Source: Terriglobia bacterium (GTDB taxonomy: Bacteria; Acidobacteriota; Terriglobia; 2-12-FULL-54-10). Taken from it: 64,000 bases of DNA. The notes under the pieces are model-generated. The model saw nothing but the letters and a program-made list of their open reading frames with translations. It made no database searches and had not been told where the DNA came from. The translations under genes and the position numbers were made by a program. This document shows positions 51,473-61,552 of this stretch, in pieces (the stretch's first letter is position 1; every line of letters starts with the position of its first letter). Location of the stretch: contig CAXVYR010000004.1 in the NCBI GenBank assembly GCA_963666975.2, positions 1,952,001 to 2,016,000 on the forward strand, given 5' to 3'.

Positions 51473-53036
51473 ATGAAGGTTATGCCACACCGAAAAGCAT
51501 TGCGCCGCGCTTGGACCATGATTGCCATGCTGACCGGAATTACGCTTCTTGCCGTGTGGATCGTCTTTCCGAAAGCACCAGACCTCCCGGGAGTAACCGC
51601 CATGCTCCAGGCCGTTTCGCCGCGACCTGCCGGGGGTCCTCGATTGATTTCCATCCAACCGTTCTCCGGAATGGAGGGAGCCATCTGCGAATGGATGCCG
51701 GCCAGCGCAACGTCGGCTACCAGCCCGGCCACTGCTCTGTGGCAGGAATCTTCATCGACCGGCGCCGCTCAAACCTCTCCAGATGATCTCAGAACTGCCA
51801 GCGATATCGAACGAGCGCCGGTGCGGGTCATCCGGGACACCTACTCTACATACAGCGCCATCGCCGTGGATACCAATTCCAATGAAGTGTACATGCAGGA
51901 TGAGAACCTGTTCGGCTTTAAGGTGTTCAACCGGATGGACAACACTCCTCCAAACGCCCAATTTACCGAGCCGAAGCGGGTTGTTTCCGGTCCCAGCACG
52001 AAGATGGAGTTTAACTGCGGCCTATATATAGACCCCAAGACGGGCGACGTGTATTCGGTGAACAACGACACCATGGACACAATGGTGGTGTTTCCTCGTG
52101 AGGCGCGTGGAAAAAATCGCGCTGGCGATCGGCAATCCCGGCGTCGTCGCTTATGACAGCAAGCGGGAAGAGGTTCTGGTTCCCAACTGAGTGGCCCACC
52201 CGCAGATCGCGGCTTTTGCCAGGCTGGCAAAAGAGAATACGATGCCCACGAGGCTGCTGGCGGGGCAAGCAACCCGCTTGAGCCGCACGATGCACGATAT
52301 CCGTTATGACGCGGTCCACGATGAATTTTTTGTAACGAATCCCTTCGCCCAGGCGATCATGGCTTTCCGAGGAGGAGCCAATGGAGAGGAAGCGCCGATT
52401 CGCATCATTCAGGGGGCGAAAACGCTGCTGGCGGGTGTTGAGGGAAATGTGTCGAGCGGTGTAGACCGTTTAGACGTCGATCCGGTCCACGATGAAATCT
52501 TCATTCCCTCCGGGGACAAGATTCTGGTGTATCCGCGGACAGGGAACGGCAATATCCCCCCGCTCCGGGTCATCCAAGGTCCGGATACAAAATTAACCAG
52601 GGCGCAATCGATTGCTGTAGATCCGGTCAATAATGTGATTGTGGCCGGCACGAACAGGCGATACAACAACGGCTCCGGATCCCTTCTGATCTTCAACCGC
52701 ACCGGAAGCGGAAACGTCAAACCCCGAGGACTCATCATGGGTCCCAGAACGGGGATCGGAAATTTGCAGCAACTCCGGGTCTATTCGCCCAAGGGCTGGA
52801 TTGTTGCGCCCCAGACCGGAGATTCTTACGGCATACTGGAGCCGGAAGGCGTTTTTATCGGCGTTTGGAGCATCAACGACGACGGGGATGTCCCACCCCG
52901 CTGGAAGCTCGGTGGACCGGGGAGCGTCATGAAGAAATCGCGCGGGATCGCGCTGAACCCCAAGAACAAAGAGCTGATTATCGCGGACATGCGGCTCAAT
53001 TCAGTCCTCACGTACTACTTCCCTGAGATCTTTTAG
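51473..53036 (+). pseudogene. Second beta-propeller paralog with in-frame UGA (52188-52190), an internal deletion and a +1 frameshift in an A6 run
   Basis: AGGAGG RBS, N-terminal hydrophobic anchor, CEWMPAS and EFNCGLYIDP as in copy 1; resumes IALAIGNPGVVAYDSKREEVLVPN*VAHPQIAAFAR. Confidence 0.82.
52213..52233 (+). promoter_or_regulatory. Candidate bacterial SECIS hairpin
   Basis: CUUUUGCCA-GGC-UGGCAAAAG, beginning 22 nt after the UGA. Confidence 0.8.
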
Positions 53037-53337
53037 TTTTCCTCGCCTTCCATTGGACGGGCTGTTGGGGCCGCTGGGACCGGTTTGGAGAAGAAGTCGT
53101 CTAGGGAGGCTCGGTTGGACGCAAATGGATATATACTTTCGGTCGCCGGAGGGCTAAAAAGGAAATTCCGGTTTAGAAAGAATCTCGGCTGAGGGTGGTC
53201 GCAGATAGTTTCCAGGCGGAGGAGATTAGGAAAAGTTGCCAACAAGCCCTTCGATTTTGCCGAGAATATCCTCCGCTTTTGTTCCCCGAGGCAAAGCAAG
53301 AAGGTCCAGAGCTTCGGTCATGAAAGGAAGGAAAACA

Positions 53338-55215
53338 ATGAATTGGAAAAGGTTGCCCCTCGTCGTCTTGCTGCTCTGTGGCTGGCTGTCGTTTCTCAGC
53401 AGCACCGTCAGAGCCCAGGAACCCTCAGACATCATTCTCTACAACGGAAAGATTGTGACGGTGGATGACGATTCCTTCACCTCGAACCTGGGCACTATCG
53501 CGCAGGCTATCCACATAAAGGACGGAACGATTCTGCATGTAGGCGCCAATGCCGAGATTCGCGCCATGGCCGGACCAGGCACAAAGGTGATTGACCTGAA
53601 GGGTCGTTTCGTGATGCCGGGCATTATCAACACGCATGACCACCCGATGGACTGGGACCCGCTGAACCCGTACATCATAAGGAACGTCGTAACGGACGAT
53701 GTTCACATTGAACGGTTTTTGTGGGAGGAGCCTCCGGATGAGAAGTTGCGAAAATTTCCCCGCGTTTTGGAGGAAGCAGTCCTCGCCGCCAAACCCGGCC
53801 AGTGGATTCGAATCAGTTTGCTTCATGGGAAAGAGTATCGTTGGAGAGAAGAGGTTACCAGTTTCTTGGGCCGGCAGATTACCAAGCAGCAATTGGATAT
53901 GGCGGCGCCTAATAACCCGGTGCTCGTGCGGGCCGGTTTTGTGGGGGCGTTGGTGAACAACCGCGCGTTGGAGGAAATCAGAAAATACTGGGGAGATAAA
54001 GCCGACGCTATCTTTAGCACGCCGGAAAACGCTGGATTTGAGCAGACGGGATTTGGCGCTGTCAGTTACCGCTTCGTCGAGCCGGATATTATTTACCACA
54101 AAGACCATCCCGAAATCTGGGCCAAGATACTGGAACACGGCCTCTCGTGGCTGGCCGGTTATGGGGTGACAACCGACGGCTCGATGATGTACGCCCCGGC
54201 ACAAATTTATGGTTATCGCAAACTGGAGAAGGAAGATAGGCTGGCGATCCGCATGCCGTGGGGGTATTTCTGGCCGCCCTTTAACGAACCATTCAACGAC
54301 CCCTATTTTTTGGCGGATATCGCTAATCGTGTTGGAGAAGGCTCCGACCGCTTCTGGTTCATCGGCGCTTCCCCGATGATGACCTTCGGTTGCTCTACCT
54401 TGCCGGGCATCACTCCGGAAGCGCAGAAAAGAGAGGCCGAATGCGATGACACGCTCGAACCTGGATCGGGCATGAGCAAGTGGACCTACAATTACGTCAA
54501 AGCCGGCGGCCGCATTGCGCTCATCCATACCGAGGGGGATCAGGACATCGACTACCTGCTGGACATCGTCGAGCAGGCCAGCAAGGACGCGGGGATGACG
54601 CTAGAGGAAATTCGTGCCAAACGGCATGCATATGACCACGGGCAGATGTCCCCCCGGGACGATCAAGCGGTGCGCCTGAGAAATCTGGGGATGATCGTAG
54701 GTAACTATGACATATACCTCTGGGAAGGCAATGGCGCCAGAATCTTGAAGGACTACGGAGAAAGAGCAGCCAGCTGGGTGACTCCACGCAAAAGATTGGT
54801 CTCCAACCAAGTTGTCACTACGCTGGAGCTGGATCGACCTTTCGGCTACACCAATCTGACCATGTTCCAGGTTTTTCATACGGCGATTACCCGGAAGGAC
54901 AAGGATGGAAATGTGATTGCTCCCCAGCAAGGGGTGGACCGGCAAACCATGTTAAAGATAGCTACCACTTGGGGTTCCCAATACGTCTTGCGACAGGACA
55001 AACTCGGTTCCCTGGAGCCCGGTAAGTGGGCGGACCTGGCTGTTTTGGACAAAGATTACCTCACCATTCCCGTGGACGACATCCCCAAGCTGCAGGTGTT
55101 GATGACCCTGGTGGGCGGTAAAGTAGCCCATCTGGTTCCATCGCTGGCCCGCGAAATCGGCATGCAGGCCACGGGATCTCAGGTGGAACTCGGCGGACCG
55201 GCAGCGCAATGGTAG
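53338..55215 (+). CDS. Secreted amidohydrolase-3 family protein
   Basis: Signal peptide; ILYNGKIVTVD, IDLKGR.VMPGIINTHDH, IHTEGD, GSLEPGKWADLAVLD. Confidence 0.9.
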   Translation: MNWKRLPLVVLLLCGWLSFLSSTVRAQEPSDIILYNGKIVTVDDDSFTSNLGTIAQAIHIKDGTILHVGANAEIRAMAGPGTKVIDLKGRFVMPGIINTHDHPMDWDPLNPYIIRNVVTDDVHIERFLWEEPPDEKLRKFPRVLEEAVLAAKPGQWIRISLLHGKEYRWREEVTSFLGRQITKQQLDMAAPNNPVLVRAGFVGALVNNRALEEIRKYWGDKADAIFSTPENAGFEQTGFGAVSYRFVEPDIIYHKDHPEIWAKILEHGLSWLAGYGVTTDGSMMYAPAQIYGYRKLEKEDRLAIRMPWGYFWPPFNEPFNDPYFLADIANRVGEGSDRFWFIGASPMMTFGCSTLPGITPEAQKREAECDDTLEPGSGMSKWTYNYVKAGGRIALIHTEGDQDIDYLLDIVEQASKDAGMTLEEIRAKRHAYDHGQMSPRDDQAVRLRNLGMIVGNYDIYLWEGNGARILKDYGERAASWVTPRKRLVSNQVVTTLELDRPFGYTNLTMFQVFHTAITRKDKDGNVIAPQQGVDRQTMLKIATTWGSQYVLRQDKLGSLEPGKWADLAVLDKDYLTIPVDDIPKLQVLMTLVGGKVAHLVPSLAREIGMQATGSQVELGGPAAQW

Positions 55216-55239
55216 GTTTTTTCGGTTGGAACAGGGCAA

Positions 55240-55470
55240 GAGGAACTGGTAGAGTCTCTCGGCGCCAAACTGGACGCGTTCTATTTTGCATTCGGCGAGG
55301 CCGACGTTTTTCTTATTGTAGACGCCCCTGACAATCTGAGCGCCGCTGCTGCCTCCCTGGCAGTCAACGCGACCGGAGCGGTCCGGCTCAAAACGACGGT
55401 TCTTCTGACCCCCGAAGAGATGGACGCAGCCACGAAGAAGAGCGTGAGTTATCGCGCACCCGGCAAATAG
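55240..55470 (+). pseudogene. GYD-domain protein lacking its N-terminus
   Basis: Own translation ELVESLGAKLDAFYFAFGEADVFLIVDAPDN..AAAASLAVNATGA...TTVLLTPEEMD; no start codon. Confidence 0.75.
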
Positions 55471-55562
55471 CACATCATCACCCGTTGGCGCGTTCTGCCC
55501 TGCAAATATCCACCTTGCCCATGCGCGCGCTTTCCTCCCGCCGGTCGTATCGGGATTGACGT

Positions 55563-55961
55563 TCAGAAACCGATACCTGCGATGCGGTCCACTTGGGTCC
55601 GAACGATCAGGCGCTTCTCGCCCGGCGTTCGCCAGGGATAGTTGTCCATTCCCAAAAAACGTTTGGCGAGCATGTCGATGTGCGGCTCCGCTCCCTCGGC
55701 GGTCACCGTCGCAGTCCCGTAGAAGATCGCGTGTCCCTGCGGGTTGAGGGGATTCTGAACGGAAATCAGGATGCGCGGGTCGCGGCGCAGGTTTCGCGGC
55801 TTGACTCTCCCCTCCGCAGTGTTGAAGAGAACTTCGTTCCCGTCAACGTCCATCCAGACCATCGACATTTGCGGGCTGCCGTCTTGATTGCGCGTTACCA
55901 CATGGCCATAGGCCCTGAGCGTGAGAAATTGTTTGACTGTATCGGGAAGTTCAATCGGCAT
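55563..55961 (-). CDS. PPOX-class (pyridoxamine 5'-phosphate oxidase family) F420-dependent-like protein
   Basis: DGSPQMSMVW, FNTAEGRVKPRNLRRDPR, HIDMLAKRFLG..YP. Confidence 0.85.
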   Translation of the reverse strand: MPIELPDTVKQFLTLRAYGHVVTRNQDGSPQMSMVWMDVDGNEVLFNTAEGRVKPRNLRRDPRILISVQNPLNPQGHAIFYGTATVTAEGAEPHIDMLAKRFLGMDNYPWRTPGEKRLIVRTQVDRIAGIGF

Positions 55962-56124
55962 GTGCACCACCATGGCATAAAATATCCGGGGCTTCCAGCA
56001 AGTTTATTTCATTAAAGTTTACTTCATTCGCTGGAATTTTCGATTGCAATTTTCGGGCGGCTTCAGGCTTTTCGCCTGTTTGCGTGACCCTTAAATCCTT
56101 TTCAAAGCCTTTATGACAACCCCT

Positions 56125-56144
56125 GCCTTCCGTCGGCGGAAGGC
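56125..56144. terminator. GC hairpin after O-methyltransferase stop
   Basis: GCCTTCCG-TCGG-CGGAAGGC; weak U-tract. Confidence 0.35.
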
Positions 56145-56150
56145 TCGCCG

Positions 56151-57158
56151 CTACTGATAAGAAATCACCAGTTGTTGGACGGCCGGGCTGAGATCATGCC
56201 GCTCGCTGCGCGTGAAACCGGCGTTGCCAAACATGCGCTCCAAGTCGGCAAAGCTGTAGGCATCGCCGTTCGGCGTCGTGGCCAGCATGACCAAGGGGAA
56301 GCCGGCAGAACCCCCGGGAGAGATACGGTCGTCGTTGAGCACGAACTCGATGGTCGCCGCGCGTCCTCCCGGCTGGAGCGAGACTGCCACCTTGCGCAGG
56401 AGGGTTTCGCAAGCCGGGATGTCAAAGTGATGCAGGAAGTTGGTCAGCAAGACAACATCGTAGCCGTTTCCGAACTCCACTTCGAATGCATCGCCTGCGA
56501 TGGTGTGGTAGCGGCTGGCTACTCCGGCGAGGGAGGCATTTTCCTTCGCCACTTCCAGAACGCCGGGCCAATCCAGCCCCGTTACCTCGATCTTCGGGTT
56601 CCGCTGCGCCAGCGTGATGCCGAACATCCCGTGGCCGGCGGCAATGTCGAGCACCTTGGCCTTGCTCCCTGTCTCGAACCGGAGCACGTCCGCCATCATC
56701 CGTGCCGGCAGGATCATCAGTGACGCCATGCCACGGGCGAAGTCCACCCAAACGGGATGCTCAGGACTCACCGAACCCTGCCCGTCAAGAATGGTCGTTC
56801 CCCGGCGAACCGTCTCCGCAAGCCCCTCAAAGGCGTTTTTCATCATGGGGGAAAGAAGAAATTGGAGCGCGCCTCCCAAATAGGCCCGCGAGTTTCGGTC
56901 GAGAAACATGGCGCTGTCCGGGGTCAGGGCGTAGTGGCCGTCTTGCTTGGCCAGAAATCCAGTGACCGTCAGATAATCGCACAGGATGCGCGTGCTTCGC
57001 TCGGGTGTGCCTAGCTGAGAGGAGACATCTGCGACAGTCGCCCTGTTTTTTCCAATGGCGGTGAACAGATCCAATTCGACCGCTGCTTGTAAGGCGGCCG
57101 TCCGTTGAAACGCCATGGCCGTATCGTAAAAAAGCACAGGAGACGGTTGTGTGCTCAT
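56151..57158 (-). CDS. O-methyltransferase family (dimerisation plus class I SAM domain)
   Basis: AAVELDLFT, VLDIAAGHG, AGDAF, NFLHHF. Confidence 0.9.
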   Translation of the reverse strand: MSTQPSPVLFYDTAMAFQRTAALQAAVELDLFTAIGKNRATVADVSSQLGTPERSTRILCDYLTVTGFLAKQDGHYALTPDSAMFLDRNSRAYLGGALQFLLSPMMKNAFEGLAETVRRGTTILDGQGSVSPEHPVWVDFARGMASLMILPARMMADVLRFETGSKAKVLDIAAGHGMFGITLAQRNPKIEVTGLDWPGVLEVAKENASLAGVASRYHTIAGDAFEVEFGNGYDVVLLTNFLHHFDIPACETLLRKVAVSLQPGGRAATIEFVLNDDRISPGGSAGFPLVMLATTPNGDAYSFADLERMFGNAGFTRSERHDLSPAVQQLVISYQ

Positions 57159-57613
57159 GAATCCCCTTGTCTGATTGAGATATTTCGGATGGAATTTTGA
57201 TTCCCACCTTACGTTCACACAAAATCATACGCCAGCCTGCCAGCCCTTAAATAAATTTTTCTGGAAATTTTCCGAAAAGGCTTCCGGGAAGCTTGGGCAT
57301 GCTCTGCAGGCGCAGGAAGGACCTCTTCCCCATGCCGCGCTGCCAGCCAAACGCGAGGTGGCAATCCGAGCTTGAAGCAACCAGGGGGCAGGCGTATGAT
57401 TTGGGCGCAAGCAGAATTGAACGCCGAAATTCCCAACAAAAAGACGGCAAGGAGGACGGGCATGCTCCGGCAGGTGGCTCATCCCGAGCATCGCAAGGAA
57501 GCTGACAGTTCCCCTAGAACCGGTTTCAAAAATGGTCAATTGGGGGGAACGTCATATCAAACTGGCAGATTCCTTGGGTCGGCAAACGGGAGGCCCGCAA
57601 AGGAGCAAAGACC

Positions 57614-58444
57614 ATGACCACCTCGAAACCTGCTGATCCCGGCTCCTTCCGGGCATTTGAACACTCCGGCTGGCTGCAGGTCGCCGAACAGTATAATAAC
57701 TTTTTTGCCTCTCTCACGGCTCAGACCATCGAACCGCTTCTGGACGCCGCGGGCGTGTCGAACGGCGCGCGCCTGCTCGACGTGGCGACGGGGCCAGGCT
57801 ACGTCGCCGCCGCCGCCGCCAAGAGGGGCGCTTCTGCGGTGGGACTGGATTTTTCCGCCGCCATGGTGGCTCTCGCGCGCCGGCAATATCCGGAAGCGAA
57901 ATTCCAGGAAGGAGACGCGGAACAGTTGCCCTTCCCCGACGGCAGCTTCGACGCTGTGGTCACGAATTTCGGATTGCTCCATCTGGGCATGCCGGAAAAA
58001 GCATTGCAGGAAGCGCACCGGGTGCTCCGGTCCGGCGGACGAATCGGGTTCACTGTATGGACCAAGCCGGACGAAGCCATTGGATTTCAAATCATCCTGC
58101 AAGCGATCGAACAGCACGGCACCCAAACCGTTCCTCTCCCGGAGGGTCCTCCCTTCTTCCGTTTCAGCGACCCGGCGGAGTGTCACCGAGTTTTGAAGGA
58201 AGCGGGCTTTGCCGAACCCCGCACGGAAAAGGTCCCGCAACTTTGGCGGCTGCCCTCGCCCGATGCCCTTTTAGACGCCATACAAAAAGGAACGGTTCGG
58301 ACCGGCGGATTGCTGCTGGCCCAGCCCCGTGAGGTACAGAACGCCATCCAAGCGGTCATCCGGGATGCAGTGAAAGTCTATGAGAAGGCCGGCTCGATTG
58401 AATTGCCCATGGCCGCTATTCTGGCAGCAGCCAGGAAGCCATAG
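57614..58444 (+). CDS. Class I SAM-dependent methyltransferase
   Basis: LLDVATGPG, GLDFS, GDAEQLPFPDGSFDAV. Confidence 0.92.
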   Translation: MTTSKPADPGSFRAFEHSGWLQVAEQYNNFFASLTAQTIEPLLDAAGVSNGARLLDVATGPGYVAAAAAKRGASAVGLDFSAAMVALARRQYPEAKFQEGDAEQLPFPDGSFDAVVTNFGLLHLGMPEKALQEAHRVLRSGGRIGFTVWTKPDEAIGFQIILQAIEQHGTQTVPLPEGPPFFRFSDPAECHRVLKEAGFAEPRTEKVPQLWRLPSPDALLDAIQKGTVRTGGLLLAQPREVQNAIQAVIRDAVKVYEKAGSIELPMAAILAAARKP

Positions 58445-58581
58445 AGCATCTATAACGGCGTTGGCGTTGTCAACAGACACCAGCAGCGTAGTGAGCCGGC
58501 GCCGTTATCCAATCAATTTTGGAGTTGGTGTAGAGTGCTTCACAGCCCTGCCAGGGCGGCAGAAGCTAGCCCAGGGCTTAC

Positions 58582-58983
58582 GAGTCTGTCGGGAATAGAT
58601 ACATTGGCAAACAGGATTCAGGAAACTCTTGACGAAAGAATATGCGCCCGCTAAGGTCAGCGCAGGAGCAAACGATTTCGAGACCACCAGCCGGAACAAC
58701 TGTTGATGCTGCCGCCCTCGTTGCAGGACTGGCTGCCGGAAAGGCATCTGGCGCGGTTTCTCAGCGATGTGGTGACGGAACTGGATGGGAGCGCGATCTA
58801 TCAGTCCTACGACGAGAAGGACGGTCGCGGGCAAGCCGCGTATCACCCAGTGATGATGGTGAAGCTGCTGTTCTATGGGTACTGTGTCGGAGTGATGTCC
58901 TCGCGCAAGATCGAGGCGGCGACCTACGACCCTGTCGCTTTCCGGTATCTGGCGGCCGATGAGCATCCGGACCACGCCAGCAT
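58582..58983 (+). mobile_element. IS1182-family 5' fragment
   Basis: GAGTCTGT end; LPPSLQDWLPERHLARF, GQAAYHP.MMVKLLFYGY, SSRKIE, HPDHASI then truncated. Confidence 0.82.
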
Positions 58984-59285
58984 CAGGAGACCTGAAATCA
59001 GGAACAGCGTATTTGATATCCAACCCATTGGAAGGGTCCGGGAGCGCCCAGCGTGTAGAGACCTACCGGAACGAAGGAAAGCGCGAACACGGCAAACATC
59101 GAGTAGGGTTTTCCCTTCCATGCCGCCACCGCCCCCGCCAGAGCCAGGCCGAGCATCATGCCAGCGATGGCATAACTGCCCGCAGTGATCCCGCGATTTC
59201 CATAGGGATTGAAAAACAAGAACACGAGCCAAAGGCTGCCGGTGACCAAGGAGGCCGCCAGACCGATCGAACGGCCGGCTTGCAA
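58975..59285 (-). pseudogene. Small membrane protein, frameshifted near its 3' end
   Basis: Three hydrophobic segments; a fourth (ISNTLFLISGLLMLA) continues in another frame and runs into the IS1182 fragment. Confidence 0.45.
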
Positions 59286-59306
59286 CAGGACCGCCCCCTT
59301 CCAGCC

Positions 59307-61376
59307 CTAGTAGTTGTCGGTTTCCCGGCTGCTCCGCTCGTAAGGCTGCTGAAGATGTTCATTGGCCACCGCCTGCGCCCCTTGCGTGTCGTCCTTGGTC
59401 CGCACGGCTTGCTGGTATTCGTTGACGGCGCGGTCCCGCTGGCCCGTCACATCGAAGATTTGCCCCAGATAAATGTGGCTCCAAACCTCCGTCCACAGGG
59501 GCTCCAGGTCCCCGTTGAGCGCCTCTCGGAAGGCATTGGCGGCTGACTGGTAATTCCGGAGAAGGAAAAACACCTCCCCCACACGGTAGTGGGCGAACGA
59601 GCTGATGCGGCTGATGTCCAGAGCTTTCTGGTATTCCTCCAGAGCGCCGGAATAATCCCGCTGCTCGACGGCCAACTCGCCCCGGGCGATGGCAACCCGG
59701 AGACGGACCGTGTCGTTGTACTTCAGCACCCGGTTATTCGGGTCTACGATGACCCGGCGCGGTTTCCCGAACGTAGCAATCGAAAATTCCGAAGCGCGGC
59801 CCGTCACCTGGACACGCTCGTTCACCGGGTCTCCGTCGGTTTCCACTTCGAGTTCCACGGGCATGCTGAAGGTGTCCATATCCTGCTTGATTTTCCCCAC
59901 CACCTTAAACCCGTCCGGCACCCGGTAGACCACGTATTCGGCCTCGAAATTGGAGGCTCCCGTCGACTCGATCCACTGAATAAAGAACCCCCGCAAATCC
60001 TGGGAGCTGGCCCGTTCCACCTCCATGCGAAAGTCCTCCGTTGTCGCCGGCTGGAAGGCGAACCGGTCGGCAAACTGCTGGAGGGCCTGGAAGAAGGCAT
60101 CGTCGCCGATCACCCAGCGGAGCATGTGGAACACGACGCCGCTTTTGTCATGGACGATGGATTTGAACTGCGGCGAAAAATCGGCCAGGCGGCCGGCTGC
60201 CCGGATGGGCACCGTGTCGTGAGTCAATGCCTCAATCGACATCTCACGCATGCGCTCCCCCAGCGCCGCTTCCCCTCCCATGTGCTCCAAGTACAAAGCC
60301 TCCGAATAGGTGGCCAATCCGTGGTCCAGCCAGAGATCAGACAGCGAGGCAGGACTCACCAGCGCGCGCCACCACTGCTGGGAAATCTCATGCGCCAGCA
60401 AGCGGTAGTTCACATCGGAGCCGATGGCGCGCGATGCCAGAAAAACCACTCCGGGCGCCGAGTATCCCCCCAGGGAGCGGTCATCGATCTCCACAATCGC
60501 AAGGTCTGCTTGCGGGGGCAGTCCGAACCGTCCGGTGAAAAAACTCATCATCCGGGCCGCTTCTTCTCCATACGTCCGGGCCATCCCGTAGTTCTCCCCG
60601 GCAAAATAAACTTGCATGGTGAGCCCCTCTGCGCTGACCACTTCCGGTTGCAAAGGAACCACGGCGAAGCTTCCGGCCAGTTGCGGCTGCTCGTAGGAGA
60701 AAGAAAACAGCACTTTGTCCTCGTTCCAGGACGGCGGCTGGGACTTGCCGCCGGCGACCACGTTAAAACCGGCGGGAACCGTGATATGGAGCTCTGCCGT
60801 GTAGCGGTTGGTGGAGTAGCCGATCACCGGAAACCATCGGGCCGGATAGAGCAAATACGAGCCTTCTTCCCCGACGTAGGCCAGCCGGATTCCCTCCGCA
60901 GGACTGTAATCCGCATTCTCGAACACCCCTTCATACTCAAAGGTGATGGTAGCGGTCTGGTCCTTGGAAAGCGGCTGCCCCAGGCTCACCACGAGGGTCA
61001 GGTTGTCGGAGCTGCGCTGCGCCGAGAGAGCATCTCCTTGTTCATTCTCGATGTTTGTCGGGAAAAGGTTGTTGTTGAGTTCAAAATTCAGCGAGTACAC
61101 GTCCTCCATCGCCTGCAAGCGAATTTGGGCCTTGGCCTGGATCTGATGAGTTTCGGGAAACAACTCGGCTTCGATCACATAATGCTGGACGGTGACGGGT
61201 TCCTGGAATTCCTGGTAATCGGGAAGATAATCATCCGCCACCAGTTGAGGCCGGGCGTCCTCTTGTTCGCTGTACTGCGCCGGAACGCCGGTTGGAAACA
61301 AGGAAACCAACATAGCAAGCGCCAGCATTTCCAGTATTGTTTTCCCCGGCGGCAGCCAGAGCGCGCTCTGCTTCAT
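59307..61376 (-). CDS. M1-aminopeptidase-like protein with C-terminal TPRs, degenerate zinc site
   Basis: Signal peptide; LAHEISQQWW, WLDHGLATYSE, KSGVVFHMLR; TPR helices. Confidence 0.85.
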   Translation of the reverse strand: MKQSALWLPPGKTILEMLALAMLVSLFPTGVPAQYSEQEDARPQLVADDYLPDYQEFQEPVTVQHYVIEAELFPETHQIQAKAQIRLQAMEDVYSLNFELNNNLFPTNIENEQGDALSAQRSSDNLTLVVSLGQPLSKDQTATITFEYEGVFENADYSPAEGIRLAYVGEEGSYLLYPARWFPVIGYSTNRYTAELHITVPAGFNVVAGGKSQPPSWNEDKVLFSFSYEQPQLAGSFAVVPLQPEVVSAEGLTMQVYFAGENYGMARTYGEEAARMMSFFTGRFGLPPQADLAIVEIDDRSLGGYSAPGVVFLASRAIGSDVNYRLLAHEISQQWWRALVSPASLSDLWLDHGLATYSEALYLEHMGGEAALGERMREMSIEALTHDTVPIRAAGRLADFSPQFKSIVHDKSGVVFHMLRWVIGDDAFFQALQQFADRFAFQPATTEDFRMEVERASSQDLRGFFIQWIESTGASNFEAEYVVYRVPDGFKVVGKIKQDMDTFSMPVELEVETDGDPVNERVQVTGRASEFSIATFGKPRRVIVDPNNRVLKYNDTVRLRVAIARGELAVEQRDYSGALEEYQKALDISRISSFAHYRVGEVFFLLRNYQSAANAFREALNGDLEPLWTEVWSHIYLGQIFDVTGQRDRAVNEYQQAVRTKDDTQGAQAVANEHLQQPYERSSRETDNY

Positions 61377-61552
61377 AACAACAACCCACTGCGAAAAAAT
61401 GCTTTTCTCAAGATATTATCCTAAAAATGAAATTCGGCGCGAAAGCCATTCGTGACCTTTTTCATCAATTCCCGCTCCGTGCCGGTTCAAACACTTCCAG
61501 CCGGTTTCGGGAGGCGCTCCCGGGACATTCGTCCCTTTCTGCCCCATCTCTT

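Noticed and set aside
55213-55470. Readthrough fusion of amidohydrolase and GYD domain (same frame across TAG)
   Set aside because: The GYD N-terminus is missing and a shared frame has a one-in-three chance; a deletion relic is simpler
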